Shown here piece by piece: positions 63,555 to 63,977 of a stretch of 63,977 nt of DNA. The position numbers and the translations under genes are program-made. Each line of letters starts with the position of its first letter. The stretch's first letter is position 1. Origin of the DNA: Guillardia theta CCMP2712 (lineage: Eukaryota > Protista > Cryptophyta); assembly GCF_000315625.1 (NCBI RefSeq), contig NW_005434613.1:342441-406417 (forward strand), given 5' to 3'. Below the pieces are notes generated by a model. That model made no database searches, was not told where the DNA came from, and saw only the letters and a program-made list of their open reading frames with translations.

Positions 63555-63920
63555 CTATCCCTCCTAGTCTCTCCTCTCTCCCTCTCCCTTCTAGTCTCTC
63601 CTCTCTCCCTCTCCTCTCCCTTCTAGTCTCTCCTCTCTCCCTCTCCTCTCCCTTCTAGTCTCTCCTCTCTCCTTCTCCCCCCTACTCCCCTCCTCCCTCG
63701 CCCAGTCTCCTTGCTCCCTATCCTCTCCCTTCAAGTCTCTCCTCGCTCCCTCTCCTCTCCCTTCTAGTCTCTCCTCTCTCCCTCTCCTCTCCCTTCTAGT
63801 CTCTCCTCTCTCCTTCTCCCCCCTGCTCCCCGCCTCCCTCGCCCAGTCTCCTCGGCTCCCTCACCTCTCCCTTCTGGGCTCTCCTCTCTCGCTCTCCTCT
63901 CCCTTCTAGTCGTCTCCTCC
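63555..63920 (+). repeat. polypyrimidine minisatellite with a ~32-bp unit (CTAGTCTCTCCTCTCTCCCTCTCCTCTCCCTT) and ~141-bp higher-order periodicity
   Basis: Repeated CTAGTCTCTCC anchors; a variant block recurs at ~63655 and ~63796. Confidence 0.85.
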
Positions 63921-63977
63921 CTGCGCCCTCCACGTTGCGGGGTGGGTCTCGTGTGGGGGGGGGTCGGGTACGGCTCG

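Overview
Gene-dense eukaryotic nuclear DNA with many ~45-60 nt GT-AG introns and microsatellite-inflated introns; the style suggests a cryptophyte-like alga (inference only). Manual splicing gives, in order: the 3' end of a class-III (GABA-type) aminotransferase, a NOL8-like RRM protein, a cryptic ~66-aa microprotein, an EOLA1/CXorf40-like ASCH protein, NOP56, a cryptic 90-aa four-exon microprotein, a B-box + DUF2009 protein, GID8/TWA1, mitoribosomal mL59, a PUS7/TruD synthase, a hypothetical gene crossing a 100-N gap, and a plant MKP1-like dual-specificity phosphatase. The dominant feature is a ~27-kb minus-strand gene (57943 to 30823) for a roughly 8,000-8,500 aa secreted mosaic protein: signal peptide, >20 IPT/TIG-like repeats, a phage-tail-like RGxxGT motif, ~20 bacterial-style cadherin-like DxGG repeats, LamG, EPTP/EAR-like and other beta-propeller blades. 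It has a frame break exactly at the edge of a near-identical duplication with 345-bp period. Upstream lie a small Cys-rich, probably GPI-anchored protein and a MAP65/ASE1/PRC1 gene. Upstream intergenic regions carry strand-oriented TACCCC tracts that look like a promoter code. All family calls come from recalled motifs; no database search was run.
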